Assembly (NCBI GenBank): GCA_963819215.1
Contig: CAWFVK010000018.1
Location: forward strand, 3,158 to 67,157
Direction: 5' to 3'
DNA length: 64,000 nt
From: an uncultured Actinomycetota bacterium
GTDB taxonomy: Bacteria > Actinomycetota > Actinomycetes > Prado026
The notes beneath the pieces are model-generated. The model saw only the letters and a list, made by a program, of their open reading frames with translations, was not told where the DNA came from and did not search any database. Each line of letters begins with the position of its first letter. Within the stretch, counting starts at the first letter, position 1. This document shows positions 11,345-20,087 of the stretch, one piece after another. The position numbers and the translations under genes were made by a program.

Positions 11345-12559
11345 ATGGTGGTCAGGCTCGCGCCCACCGGCGTGCCCGCAGCATTGGCCGACGTCGGCTA
11401 CGACGGCCTGACGTGGGAGCAGCCGTGGAACCTCGTGCGCGGGCAGATCACCTCGCTCGAGCGCATGCCGTCCGTGGAGCTCAGCCCCGGTGGACCGTCG
11501 GTGGCCATCCCCCAGGGTCCGTCGCTCGACCTGGAGTCGTGCTCGTTCACCGACCCGCTGACCGGGCGAGCGATGCGGTTCGAGGAGTACCTCGGGCGGC
11601 GGCTGGACAACGACGGCCTGCTCGTCGTCCATCGCGGTCAGCTGCTGCACGAGTCCTACCGCGACGGCGTGCAGGCCGATGACCGCCACATCGTGCACTC
11701 CTGCTCGAAGACCCTGACCACGATGATGATCGGCTGGGCGGTGGAAGAGGGTCGCCTCAGCACGACGCAGCCGATGCAGGAGCTTGTTGGCGAGCTCGCC
11801 GCCATCCCCGCCTGGACGGGCGTCACCCTGCAGCACGTGCTCGACATGGCGGCCGGCCTCGACACCGAGGAGCACTACGAGCTCGCGAGCTCCATGTACT
11901 GGCGTTACGCGGACGCCGTCGGCTACTTCACGGTCCCGGCTGAGCGCCAGATCGGCGCGCTCGAGTTCGTCCGGCGCGAGCTGGTCAACAAGCTCGAGGC
12001 ACCAGGCTCGCGCTTCAACTACGCGTCGTACCTCACGAACCTGCTCCCCCTGGTGCTCGAGCGGGAGTACGGCGTGCCGGCGGTCGAGCTGTACGAGACA
12101 TACCTGTACGCACACGTCGGCGCCGAGCACCCGGCACTGATCAATGTCGACTCGACCGGTGCACCCATCACCGAGGGCCAGGTCAACCTGACGCTGCGGG
12201 ACTTCGCCCGCTGGGCCTACCCGATGGTGAACGCGGGCGTCGGTCTCGGTGGGGAGCAGGTCGTACCGGCCTCCTGGGTCGAGGAGACGTTCCGGCACGA
12301 CGCCGGGCGCGCCGCTGCCTTCGCGGCGGGTGAGTCGGGGCAGGCCTTCCCGGGCGGCGAGTACCACAACCAGGCATGGGTGCTGGAGCCCGAGCACGTC
12401 GTCGCCATGCTGGGGATCCATGGCCAGTTCGCCTACCTGGACCGCTCGCGTGACCTCATGATCGTGGGGCTGTCGTCGTTCCCCGACCAGGCCAACGCCC
12501 TGCTGAGCGCCACGATGAAACAGCTCTGGGCGACGATCACCGAGCTGACGACGAGATAG
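11345..12559 (+). CDS. Serine hydrolase (beta-lactamase/transpeptidase-like family)
   Basis: Intact 404-aa ORF with an SxxK motif in IVHSCSKTLTTMMIG. GGAG lies upstream of ATG at 11345. Confidence 0.75.
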   Translation: MVVRLAPTGVPAALADVGYDGLTWEQPWNLVRGQITSLERMPSVELSPGGPSVAIPQGPSLDLESCSFTDPLTGRAMRFEEYLGRRLDNDGLLVVHRGQLLHESYRDGVQADDRHIVHSCSKTLTTMMIGWAVEEGRLSTTQPMQELVGELAAIPAWTGVTLQHVLDMAAGLDTEEHYELASSMYWRYADAVGYFTVPAERQIGALEFVRRELVNKLEAPGSRFNYASYLTNLLPLVLEREYGVPAVELYETYLYAHVGAEHPALINVDSTGAPITEGQVNLTLRDFARWAYPMVNAGVGLGGEQVVPASWVEETFRHDAGRAAAFAAGESGQAFPGGEYHNQAWVLEPEHVVAMLGIHGQFAYLDRSRDLMIVGLSSFPDQANALLSATMKQLWATITELTTR

Positions 12560-12637
12560 ACCAGCCTCGACGGAGCTGGCCTTGGGCCCGCTCAGCGAGT
12601 CACGGCGCGGCCCCGCGACGTCGAGCTGGCAGCCGGC

Positions 12638-13018
12638 TCAGATCGGCTGGTCGACGCACATGATGTTGCCCTCGCTGTCCTTGAACCACGCCGCGCGCCC
12701 CATCGTCGGGATGCTCGCGATGTCGCCCGACCACTCCACACCGGGCAGGTCGTACTTCTCGAAGCTCACCCCGCGCGACCGCAGGTCGGCGACCTCGGAC
12801 TCGATGTCGTCGACGTGCCACTGGGCGATGGTGTGTCCGGCCTGGCCGGCGAACTCGGTCTCGTAGATGTTGAAGCGGGTGCCGCCGGCGGTCTGGTAGG
12901 CGAGCTGCATGCCCTCCATGCCCCCGCTGGGTTCAAGGCCCAGCTTGGCGTAGAACGCCTGGGCCCGACCGAGGTCCGCGGCGGGGATGTTGGCTTCGAC
13001 TCTGCTCTCGTTCAGCAT
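12638..13018 (-). CDS. VOC/glyoxalase family protein
   Basis: 126-aa ORF: NIPAADLGRAQAFYAKLGLEP...AWFKDSEGNIMCV, typical of the glyoxalase/bleomycin-resistance fold. Confidence 0.75.
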   Translation of the reverse strand: MLNESRVEANIPAADLGRAQAFYAKLGLEPSGGMEGMQLAYQTAGGTRFNIYETEFAGQAGHTIAQWHVDDIESEVADLRSRGVSFEKYDLPGVEWSGDIASIPTMGRAAWFKDSEGNIMCVDQPI

Positions 13019-13176
13019 GCTTCCTCCTCGAGTTGCCAGCGCGAGCGCGCCAGTGCGAGGGCGCCGCTGACGGCGTCAGCCAGGAACGTTACGCCGGCCC
13101 GCGTCGTGAGGGAACGTCACAGACGCGGGCCGCCGCTGACCGGGGCGGCCGCGAGCCGTGCCATCACGCCTGGGCG

Positions 13177-13782
13177 TCATCCCGTCGCGCTCGGCTGGCC
13201 CACGAGCTTGGTGACCACCCACCGGTGCTTGCCGATCGTGCGGTCGCGAGCGAACCCCAGCTGCTCGTACGTCGACAGCGCGCCGTTGTAGAGGAACCCC
13301 GCAGACACGGCGTTGCTGTCCTCCGGGTAGCCCTCGACCAGTCCCCCTCCGGCCACCGCGATCAGGTGCAGCGCGCCCTCGAGCGCAGCAGCGAAGACGC
13401 CCTGGCGGCGGTGCCCCTTGCCGACGTAGCAGCAGCCGATCCGCCAGTCCGGCGCCCGCACGCTGCCCTTCTCGTACGCGGCCCTGCTCTTGATCCGCGG
13501 CAGCTCGTCGGGCACTCCGAACTGGCACCAACCGACGCAGTCAGCACCCTCGAAGACCAGCGCCGCGTGTGCCGTCCCCGTCTGGACCCGGCTCAGCTTG
13601 CGCTCGCGGTTCAGCGCCCTGGTGGTGCCCTTCCCGACGCCCTCGGAGTGGAAGCCCATGCACCAGCAGCCACCGAAGATCCCGTTGTTCTGCTCGACCA
13701 GGTCCGCGAACGCAGGCCACGTCGAAACGTCGAGCGGCCGGACTGAGTAGGCGTGGACCTCCACAGCGCCGCAGTCTTCCAC
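13177..13782 (-). CDS. GNAT-family N-acetyltransferase-like protein
   Basis: 201-aa ORF with CYVGKGHRRQGVFAAALEGAL (acetyl-CoA-binding R/Q-x-x-G-x-A type motif). It is divergent from an XRE regulator. Confidence 0.6.
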   Translation of the reverse strand: MEDCGAVEVHAYSVRPLDVSTWPAFADLVEQNNGIFGGCWCMGFHSEGVGKGTTRALNRERKLSRVQTGTAHAALVFEGADCVGWCQFGVPDELPRIKSRAAYEKGSVRAPDWRIGCCYVGKGHRRQGVFAAALEGALHLIAVAGGGLVEGYPEDSNAVSAGFLYNGALSTYEQLGFARDRTIGKHRWVVTKLVGQPSATG

Positions 13783-13816
13783 TCAGCGCAGGTGCGCGCA
13801 CGTGTTGACAACGAGG

Positions 13817-13833
13817 CTTGCCGGAATGGCAAG
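13817..13833. promoter_or_regulatory. Perfect inverted repeat CTTGCC-N5-GGCAAG just downstream of a TTGACA hexamer (13805-13810), in front of the XRE gene
   Basis: The sequence reads TTGACAACGAGGCTTGCCGGAATGGCAAGGTGATGCCATG. This is a candidate autoregulatory operator and -35 element. No experimental basis. Confidence 0.25.
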
Positions 13834-13841
13834 GTGATGCC

Positions 13842-14414
13842 ATGAGCGAGGTCGACGAGACGCTGCAGGCGGTCGGGCCGCGGTTGCGGGCGCTGCGGCA
13901 GGAGCGGTCGTTCACCCTCGCGGACGTGTCCGCGGCCACGGGGATCTCGGTCAGCACGCTGTCCCGGCTGGAGTCAGGGCTCCGACGCCCGACCCTCGAG
14001 CTGCTGCTGCCGTTGGCTCGGGTGCACCAGGTGCCGCTCGACGAGCTCGTCGATGCTCCCGCGACCGGCGACCCCCGGATCCACCTGAAGCCGTTCCAGC
14101 GCCACGGCTCCACGTTCGTGCCGTTGACCCGACGCCCCGGCGGCCTTCAGGCGTACAAGCAGATCATCCCTTCGAACTGGCCGACGGCACCGCCCGAGCT
14201 GAGCTCGCACGAGGGCTACGAATGGCTGTACGTCCTGTCCGGCCGGGTCCGGCTCATCCTTGGCGAGGTCGACGTCACGCTGAAGGCCGGCGAAGTGGCG
14301 GAGTTCGACACCCACGTGCCGCACTTCGTCGGCAACCCGGGGCCCCGTCCGGCCGAGGTCCTCAACCTCTTCGGACCTCAGGGCGAGCAGCTCCACGTCC
14401 GGGCGAGCTCGTGA
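13842..14414 (+). CDS. XRE-family transcriptional regulator with C-terminal cupin domain
   Basis: HTH region LRALRQERSFTLADVSAATGISVSTLSRLESGLRRPTLELL and cupin region HEGYEWLYVLSGRVRLILGEVDVTLKAGEVAEFDTHVPH. ATG at 13842. Confidence 0.85.
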   Translation: MSEVDETLQAVGPRLRALRQERSFTLADVSAATGISVSTLSRLESGLRRPTLELLLPLARVHQVPLDELVDAPATGDPRIHLKPFQRHGSTFVPLTRRPGGLQAYKQIIPSNWPTAPPELSSHEGYEWLYVLSGRVRLILGEVDVTLKAGEVAEFDTHVPHFVGNPGPRPAEVLNLFGPQGEQLHVRASS

Positions 14415-15238
14415 GCAGCCACCGAGACGCAGAAGAATCGACCCGCCCCAAGCCTCCACGCGAGAACCGGTGGGTCACGATCGCGGGCGACCAGCGGCTC
14501 TACCTTGCTGCGGCCATCGGGCTTGCGCCGTGGATCGTGGTCCTCGCGCTCTCGCAGCCGCCCACGGCCCAGGTGCACCACCTCCCCGGCCTGATGGTGG
14601 TGACCTGCCTGGCCATCGCCGGTGGAGTGGTCGCCACCGTGATCCTCGGGCTGCGGAGCTCACCGATCAGCTGCGTCCTGGCGGCCGCGACCGCGACACT
14701 CAGCGTCACGGTCTGCTGGTTCCATGTCGTCACGCACGTCTCGCACCACCAGGGGCACGCCGACCGCGAGGGCATGATCCGCGCCATCGTCATCCTCGGG
14801 TCGATCGCCCTGCTTGCCGGCTGGGCCGCCTGGTACACCCGGTGGCGACCGTCGACGTCTGGTCGGCAGCTGCCCTGGCCGGTCGCTGTGCTGCTCGTCG
14901 CGATCGTGGTCGTCCTGGTGTCACGAGTGGCGGACATCCTGCCGCAGACTCCGGTGACCGAGCAGGTGGGCCGCCTCAAGATCACCTGGGTCGGCCTCGA
15001 CGTCTGCGAGCTGCTGGGCTTCCTCTCGGTGTTCTGGACCCTGCGCCGGCAGCTTCCGGCGGTGATCCTCGCCGCGTCGGTCACCGGGACGCTGCTGGTG
15101 GCCGACGCCGTGATCAACACGTTGAGCCTCAAGGGGCTGGACCTGCTGAGCGCGCTCGGCTTCGCCTGCCTCGAGCTACCACTTGCGGCGCTCTGCTACA
15201 CGCTGGCCGTACGCACGGCCGGCGCCGCTGCCGAGTGA
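14411..15238 (+). CDS. Integral membrane protein, unknown function
   Basis: GTG at 14411 overlaps the XRE stop (GTGA). At least six hydrophobic segments are present, for example LAAAIGLAPWIVVLAL, MVVTCLAIAGGVVATVILGL and AVLLVAIVVVLVS. The upstream part of ORF 14222-15238 overlaps the XRE gene out of frame. Confidence 0.6.
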   Translation: MSSHRDAEESTRPKPPRENRWVTIAGDQRLYLAAAIGLAPWIVVLALSQPPTAQVHHLPGLMVVTCLAIAGGVVATVILGLRSSPISCVLAAATATLSVTVCWFHVVTHVSHHQGHADREGMIRAIVILGSIALLAGWAAWYTRWRPSTSGRQLPWPVAVLLVAIVVVLVSRVADILPQTPVTEQVGRLKITWVGLDVCELLGFLSVFWTLRRQLPAVILAASVTGTLLVADAVINTLSLKGLDLLSALGFACLELPLAALCYTLAVRTAGAAAE

Positions 15239-15261
15239 CCGCAGCGCCTGAACAGGGACAC

Positions 15262-15804
15262 CTACCGAGCGGCCTGGCGGGCCAGCATGCCGGGCGTGTT
15301 GTGGACCGAGATGTCCATCGTGCCCGCCTCGGGCTCGAGCCCGAGCGAGATCAGCACCTTGGCGAACGAGCGGAACAGCCCGAGGGCGTAGGCGAGCTCG
15401 ACCTCGCCGTCCTGGCCGATCTCCGCACGGACAGCCTCACGGACGGCAGGGTCGACGTGCGCGGGGTCGCCCAGGTAGCTGTCCGCCCAGCGGAGCACCG
15501 CCTTCGTGCGCTGCGGCAGGTCGCTCTCCTCGTAGCCGTCGGCGACGTTCACCAGCGTGTCCTCGTCGAGGCCCTCAGCCATCGCCCCGTTGAACCTGAC
15601 CTGGCGGCAGTAGCCGCAGTCGGTCGTCCGGGCGTTGCGGATGCGCGCGATCTCCTTGGTCGAGTGATCGAGGACGCCGTCGTTCCACATCGCTCCGTAC
15701 AGCGAGTAGAAGGTGTCGAAGATGTGCTGCTGGTGGGCCATGATCATGCGCAGCCCGAGCTCGGCGTCCGGGTCGGTCAGGCTCACCCGAGGGGTCGTGC
15801 TCAT
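15262..15804 (-). CDS. Carboxymuconolactone decarboxylase (AhpD-like) family protein
   Basis: 180-aa ORF with a CxxC motif (TTDCGYCRQV) in the typical AhpD/CMD context. Confidence 0.7.
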   Translation of the reverse strand: MSTTPRVSLTDPDAELGLRMIMAHQQHIFDTFYSLYGAMWNDGVLDHSTKEIARIRNARTTDCGYCRQVRFNGAMAEGLDEDTLVNVADGYEESDLPQRTKAVLRWADSYLGDPAHVDPAVREAVRAEIGQDGEVELAYALGLFRSFAKVLISLGLEPEAGTMDISVHNTPGMLARQAAR

Positions 15805-16172
15805 CGCAACATCAGCTCCATCCTGGTGTGGGCCTCACTGACTCCGAGCGAGACGACGAGAGCGACGAACTGTGCATCGCCCAGCGCGGCAGCCGCCGCG
15901 TGCGCCTGCTCGTCGGTGATCGCGTGCACGTCCATGAAGTACAGCTCGACGAAGTCCGCCACCGCGTCCTCCGGGGCCGGCAAGGGGCAGCTCGCGGTAA
16001 GCCCGAGCATCTGGCTCACCCGGGCCTTGGACCACGCGATCAGGTCAGGGTCGAGGCCCGAGTCACTGATCGCGGCCTCCATCGTGGCCCAGCCACCGGC
16101 GAGATCCGGACGGCTCTTCAGGAGCTGCTCTGCGGTCATGTCCCCAGCATGGTTGATCACCAGCCTCGCCAC
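15801..16172 (-). CDS. AhpD/CMD-like small protein
   Basis: 123-aa ORF translationally coupled to the downstream CMD gene by a 4-bp overlap. It is helical, and weak AhpD-like similarity is the only support. Confidence 0.45.
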   Translation of the reverse strand: MARLVINHAGDMTAEQLLKSRPDLAGGWATMEAAISDSGLDPDLIAWSKARVSQMLGLTASCPLPAPEDAVADFVELYFMDVHAITDEQAHAAAAALGDAQFVALVVSLGVSEAHTRMELMLR

Positions 16173-16291
16173 AAGATGCTTTCTTGAGGAAGGGTCGAGA
16201 AAGCGTCGCAGCCGGCAGCGGCGGCGGACTCGACCGGTCGGCGAAAGGCTCAGCGCGAAGCGCCCGTCCTCGAGCGGCGTAGCGTCAGCCC

Positions 16292-16522
16292 ATGACCAAG
16301 GACCTCACCCCCAAGCAGCAGTGGGCTCGCCTCAGCGGGACCCAGAAGACCGGCATCGTCGCCCTGGCAGCCGTCGAGCTCGTGCTCACCACGGTCGCCC
16401 TCAGGGACATCGCGAGACGGCCAGCCACCCAGGTGCGCGGACCGAAGCTCCTCTGGGTGCTGGGCTTCGCCGTGCAGCCCGTCGGTCCGGTCGCCTACCT
16501 CGCCCTGGGACGTCGGGACTAG
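16292..16522 (+). CDS. PLD nuclease N-terminal (PLDc_N) domain small membrane protein
   Basis: 76-aa ORF: KTGIVALAAVELVLTTVALRDIARRP...PKLLWVLGFAVQPVGPVAYLALGRR, typical of the PLDc_N family. Confidence 0.7.
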   Translation: MTKDLTPKQQWARLSGTQKTGIVALAAVELVLTTVALRDIARRPATQVRGPKLLWVLGFAVQPVGPVAYLALGRRD

Positions 16523-17721
16523 TCCTTCGCTGCAAGAACCGACTCCAACCAGCCGAACGTCCGGGCGTGGTAGAGCAGTCGCGCACCGACCTCGCAGTGG
16601 TTGTCGGCACCTTCGGCGGCGGTGAACTTGATGAGCTGCTTGTTTCCGCGCAACGCAGCGTGAAGGTCGGGCGCTGACGCGCTGATGTCGTCACCTTCCG
16701 CGTGGCAGACCAGGGTCGGAGTCGTGATGGTGTCAGTGCGTCCGGCGAGGGTGTAGTCGCGCAGCAGCTCGAGGTACTCAGCTGGGTGGTCGACGCCGTG
16801 AACGAACATCCCGCGCCGCAACCCCCACCCCGACGTCGAACGGCCCGACACCATCGAGAGCACAGCCTCCAGTGCCCGGCCGCGCAGCCCGCCGTCGTCG
16901 AGCCCCGCGACCAGCGGCCCAGGGACCCTCGCCAGCGCGCTCTGGTAGAGATCGAACGACCCGCAGTCGGCGATGCACGCGGCGAACCGATGTTCACCGG
17001 TCACCGCCCGCGGTGCGAGGTAGCCACCGAGGCTCAAGCCGATGAGCACGACCCGATCCGGGTCGACGTCAGGCTTCGCAAGCACGAAATCCAGGACCGG
17101 GGTGAGCACTGCCTCCCAGTCCGGCCGCATGACCAACCCGCGCTCCAGTAGCGCGGCTCCTTGCCCTGGACCATCAAAGGCCAGCACGTTGTACCCACGA
17201 GACAGCGCCGCCGCGGCGTTCATGAAATACAGCTCCTCGGCGGTGCCGTCGTACCCGTTGACGAGAACGGCGGTCCTGCGGGGCCGCGGATCGTCGTCGA
17301 CCCGAAAGAAGTAGCCGGGCAGGCTCACCCCCTCGTAGGGAATCTCCACGACTTCCGGTGGCTGAGTCATGAGCGCGGCCGCGGCACGGAACGCTGCGGT
17401 CTGCCGCCGCACGCTCGCGACCAGACGCGGGTCGACGGGACTGGCCATCAGCATCACGCCGGCGGTGCGGTCGTAGGTGGATGAGCGCAGATATGCCAAC
17501 CGTGCGCTTTCGGTGCGGCCGGCCGACAGCTCCGACTCCGCGAGCGCGAGCGTGCGTGCCGCCAGCGCTGCCCAGGACTCGTACCAGCTGTCGAGGTCTG
17601 TGCCTTCCACCTCACGAGCTGCCTTCAGGCACTCACCGATGTCGGCGCCACCGTAGGGTGCAGCACCGAGCGCGCGTAGGGCCTGGGCATCCAAGAGGTC
17701 GTCCTTCAAGCCGAGACGCAT
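16519..17721 (-). CDS. Alpha/beta hydrolase (prolyl oligopeptidase/dienelactone hydrolase-like)
   Basis: 400-aa ORF with nucleophile elbow GLSLGG and downstream HAEGDD / NHCE. Confidence 0.7.
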   Translation of the reverse strand: MRLGLKDDLLDAQALRALGAAPYGGADIGECLKAAREVEGTDLDSWYESWAALAARTLALAESELSAGRTESARLAYLRSSTYDRTAGVMLMASPVDPRLVASVRRQTAAFRAAAALMTQPPEVVEIPYEGVSLPGYFFRVDDDPRPRRTAVLVNGYDGTAEELYFMNAAAALSRGYNVLAFDGPGQGAALLERGLVMRPDWEAVLTPVLDFVLAKPDVDPDRVVLIGLSLGGYLAPRAVTGEHRFAACIADCGSFDLYQSALARVPGPLVAGLDDGGLRGRALEAVLSMVSGRSTSGWGLRRGMFVHGVDHPAEYLELLRDYTLAGRTDTITTPTLVCHAEGDDISASAPDLHAALRGNKQLIKFTAAEGADNHCEVGARLLYHARTFGWLESVLAAKD

Positions 17722-17764
17722 GGCCGCTCCTTCCTGCGCGCTGGTCTGACACGACCTCCGGATG

Positions 17765-19798
17765 CTAGCGAGCGGCGATCCCGGCAGGCGCCCGCACCAG
17801 CTCCGGGTCCTCGTCGACGAACTCCTGGGCCATCGTGTGGAGCGCCTTCGAGAGGAGCTCGTCGTCGGCAGCGCCCCAGTCGCTGAGCTCGCTGCTCAGC
17901 CAGGCCCTGGTCGCGGTCACCAGCTTCTGGATCTCCTCGTCCCCGGCCGGGGTGAGCCGCAGGTCCCCGTCGTCGCCGGTGAGGTAACCGTCGGCCCTGG
18001 CGGTCTCGAAAGCCGGCTGCAGCACCTGGGCCGGCACCCGGACGCGCCGGGCGATCGCGGCGAGACTGCTCTCCGCGCCGACCCTGCGCCGGACGTGAAC
18101 CTGCGCCACGCACCATCCGTCGGAGACATCCAGCTCGGTGCCCGAGGTGTCGCGGATGACGATGAACGCCTCCTTTCCCTTGCGCCGGAAGAGCCGGGCG
18201 ATGGCGGTCTGCAGCTGCTGCGTCCGGTCGGCTCCCTCGGGCATCCCGAAACCATCGCCGACGCTGCCCGCGCCAGCCCGCGAGGTGCCGCGCAACGGGA
18301 CCTCCTTGAGGAACAACGAGAGCACGAACGCTGCGGCAGCGACGGGCACTGCCGCGAGGAACACGACGTGGATGGCATGCGCGTACGCGTCGACGATCGG
18401 GGCGATCTGCGCGGGCGGGTGGGCGTGCAGCAGCTTCGGGGTGGCGATGGTCCGAGGGTCGACACCCGCCTGCGCCACAGCGGCAGGGAGGGTGTGGCTC
18501 AGCACGTTGGAGTAGACCGTGCCGAAGATCGCCGCACCGAACGAGCTGCCGAGGGTGCGGAAGAAGGTCACGCCCGAGGTGGAGACGCCGAGATCCCGGT
18601 AGTCCACGGTGTTCTGCACGATGATCGTGAGCACCTGCATGCTCAACCCGATCCCGGTGCCGAGCACCAGCATGTCGATCGCCATCGTCCAGTAAGCCGT
18701 GTGCGCGTCCATCCGCGAGAGCAGGTACAGGCCGACGGCCATCACGAACGAGCCGGCGACCGGGAAGATCTTGTAGCGGCCGGTCCGGCCCACGATGGTG
18801 CCTGACAGCACCGAGGTCACCAGGAGCCCGACGACGAGCGGCAGCGTCTGCACGCCCGAGCTCGTCGCGGACACTCCCTTCACGTACTGCAGGTACGTCG
18901 GCAGGAAGGTCATCGCCCCGAGCATCGCGAAGCCAACAATGAAAGCCAGCACGACGCAGACGCTGAACACGGAGGACGTGAACAGTCGCAGCGGCAGGAT
19001 CGGGTCCACAGCCCTGGCCTCGACCAGCACGAAGATCCCGAGCGAGACGACCGACCCGACGAACAGGCCGATGATCATCGTCGAGGTCCAGGCGTACTGC
19101 GTGCCACCCCAGGAGAGCGCAAGGGTCAGGCCGGCCGCCCCGAGCGAGACGAACACGATGCCGAGGTAGTCGATGACCGGTCGGAGCGCTGCGCGCACGG
19201 AGGGCATCGTGAAGCTCGCCAGCACGATCACCCCGATGCCGATCGGCAGGTTCACGTAGAAGGCCCACCGCCACGAGAGGTGGTCGGTGAACAGTCCGCC
19301 GATCAGTGGGCCGAGCACCGTGGTGACGCCGAAGACGGCACCCAGCGCCCCTTGGTACTTCCCGCGCTCACGCAGCGGGATGACGTCCGCGATGAGGGCG
19401 GTGGCGGTCACCGCAAGGCCACCGGCGCCGAGGCCCTGAACCGCGCGCCAGGCGATCAGCCAGGTCATGTTCTGGGCGAGCCCGCACATCGCGGAGGCCA
19501 GCACGAAGGTCCCGGCCGAGAGCTGGAAGATCAGCTTGCGCCCGAAGAGGTCGCCGAACTTGCCGGCCAGCACCGTCGCGATCGTGTCCGCGAGCAGGTA
19601 GGAGGAGACGACCCAGGTGATGTGGCCGGCGCCGCCGAGGTCACCGACGATGGTGGGCAGCGCGGTCGAGACGATGGTCTGGTCGAGCGCCGCCAGCAGC
19701 ATCCCGAGCAGCACGGTGATGAACACCAGGTTCATCCGCCGCCGGTCCAGGCCCAGGTCCGCGGGCGGAGCCGCGCTCGCCTCGGGTGCGACCTCCAT
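17765..19798 (-). CDS. MFS transporter, DHA2 (EmrB/QacA, 14-TMS) family, with ~170-aa C-terminal wHTH-like cytoplasmic extension
   Basis: ATG at 19798 (MEVAPEAS...). Motifs [19 protein letters not shown] and [11 protein letters not shown] are present, with 14 hydrophobic segments. The tail from about 18286 to 17768 contains [47 protein letters not shown] residues upstream of 19798 run antisense over the next gene's leader and are not credible. Confidence 0.85.
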   Translation of the reverse strand: MEVAPEASAAPPADLGLDRRRMNLVFITVLLGMLLAALDQTIVSTALPTIVGDLGGAGHITWVVSSYLLADTIATVLAGKFGDLFGRKLIFQLSAGTFVLASAMCGLAQNMTWLIAWRAVQGLGAGGLAVTATALIADVIPLRERGKYQGALGAVFGVTTVLGPLIGGLFTDHLSWRWAFYVNLPIGIGVIVLASFTMPSVRAALRPVIDYLGIVFVSLGAAGLTLALSWGGTQYAWTSTMIIGLFVGSVVSLGIFVLVEARAVDPILPLRLFTSSVFSVCVVLAFIVGFAMLGAMTFLPTYLQYVKGVSATSSGVQTLPLVVGLLVTSVLSGTIVGRTGRYKIFPVAGSFVMAVGLYLLSRMDAHTAYWTMAIDMLVLGTGIGLSMQVLTIIVQNTVDYRDLGVSTSGVTFFRTLGSSFGAAIFGTVYSNVLSHTLPAAVAQAGVDPRTIATPKLLHAHPPAQIAPIVDAYAHAIHVVFLAAVPVAAAAFVLSLFLKEVPLRGTSRAGAGSVGDGFGMPEGADRTQQLQTAIARLFRRKGKEAFIVIRDTSGTELDVSDGWCVAQVHVRRRVGAESSLAAIARRVRVPAQVLQPAFETARADGYLTGDDGDLRLTPAGDEEIQKLVTATRAWLSSELSDWGAADDELLSKALHTMAQEFVDEDPELVRAPAGIAAR

Positions 19799-20087
19799 CG
19801 TCACGTCGACCACCGCCGGTCCCTCGACCTGCCCGGCGCACGGTTCCGCGGCCGGCTCGCAGGCAGTATGTCGCACGCCGGGAGGGCGCACCCGGGAGGG
19901 GCAAAAGCCATGTATCTGACGCCGGGCTGGCAGCTTGCTCCGTTCGCGGTCAGTCGTTCGGGTGGAGTTTCCAGCCGGTGGGGTGCACTCCGGTCCCGGC
20001 CAAGGTGAACGGCCGGTGAATGACCTACGGTTCGCGTTGACCCGCGGCGACCAGCGCCCCGGTGGCGTCGTGAACCTGGGAGATCCC

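Noticed and set aside
14470-16677. 735-aa + strand ORF and similar long shadow ORFs (e.g. 169-762+, 17706-19274-, 22296-24200+, 28171-30273+, 33213-34829+, 45846-47471+, 59148-60842-, 57973-59436+)
   Set aside because: These are typical high-GC alternate-frame or antisense ORFs. They are Arg/Pro/Gly/Ala-rich, have no recognisable motifs, and each overlaps a gene with clear family signatures on the other strand or frame.
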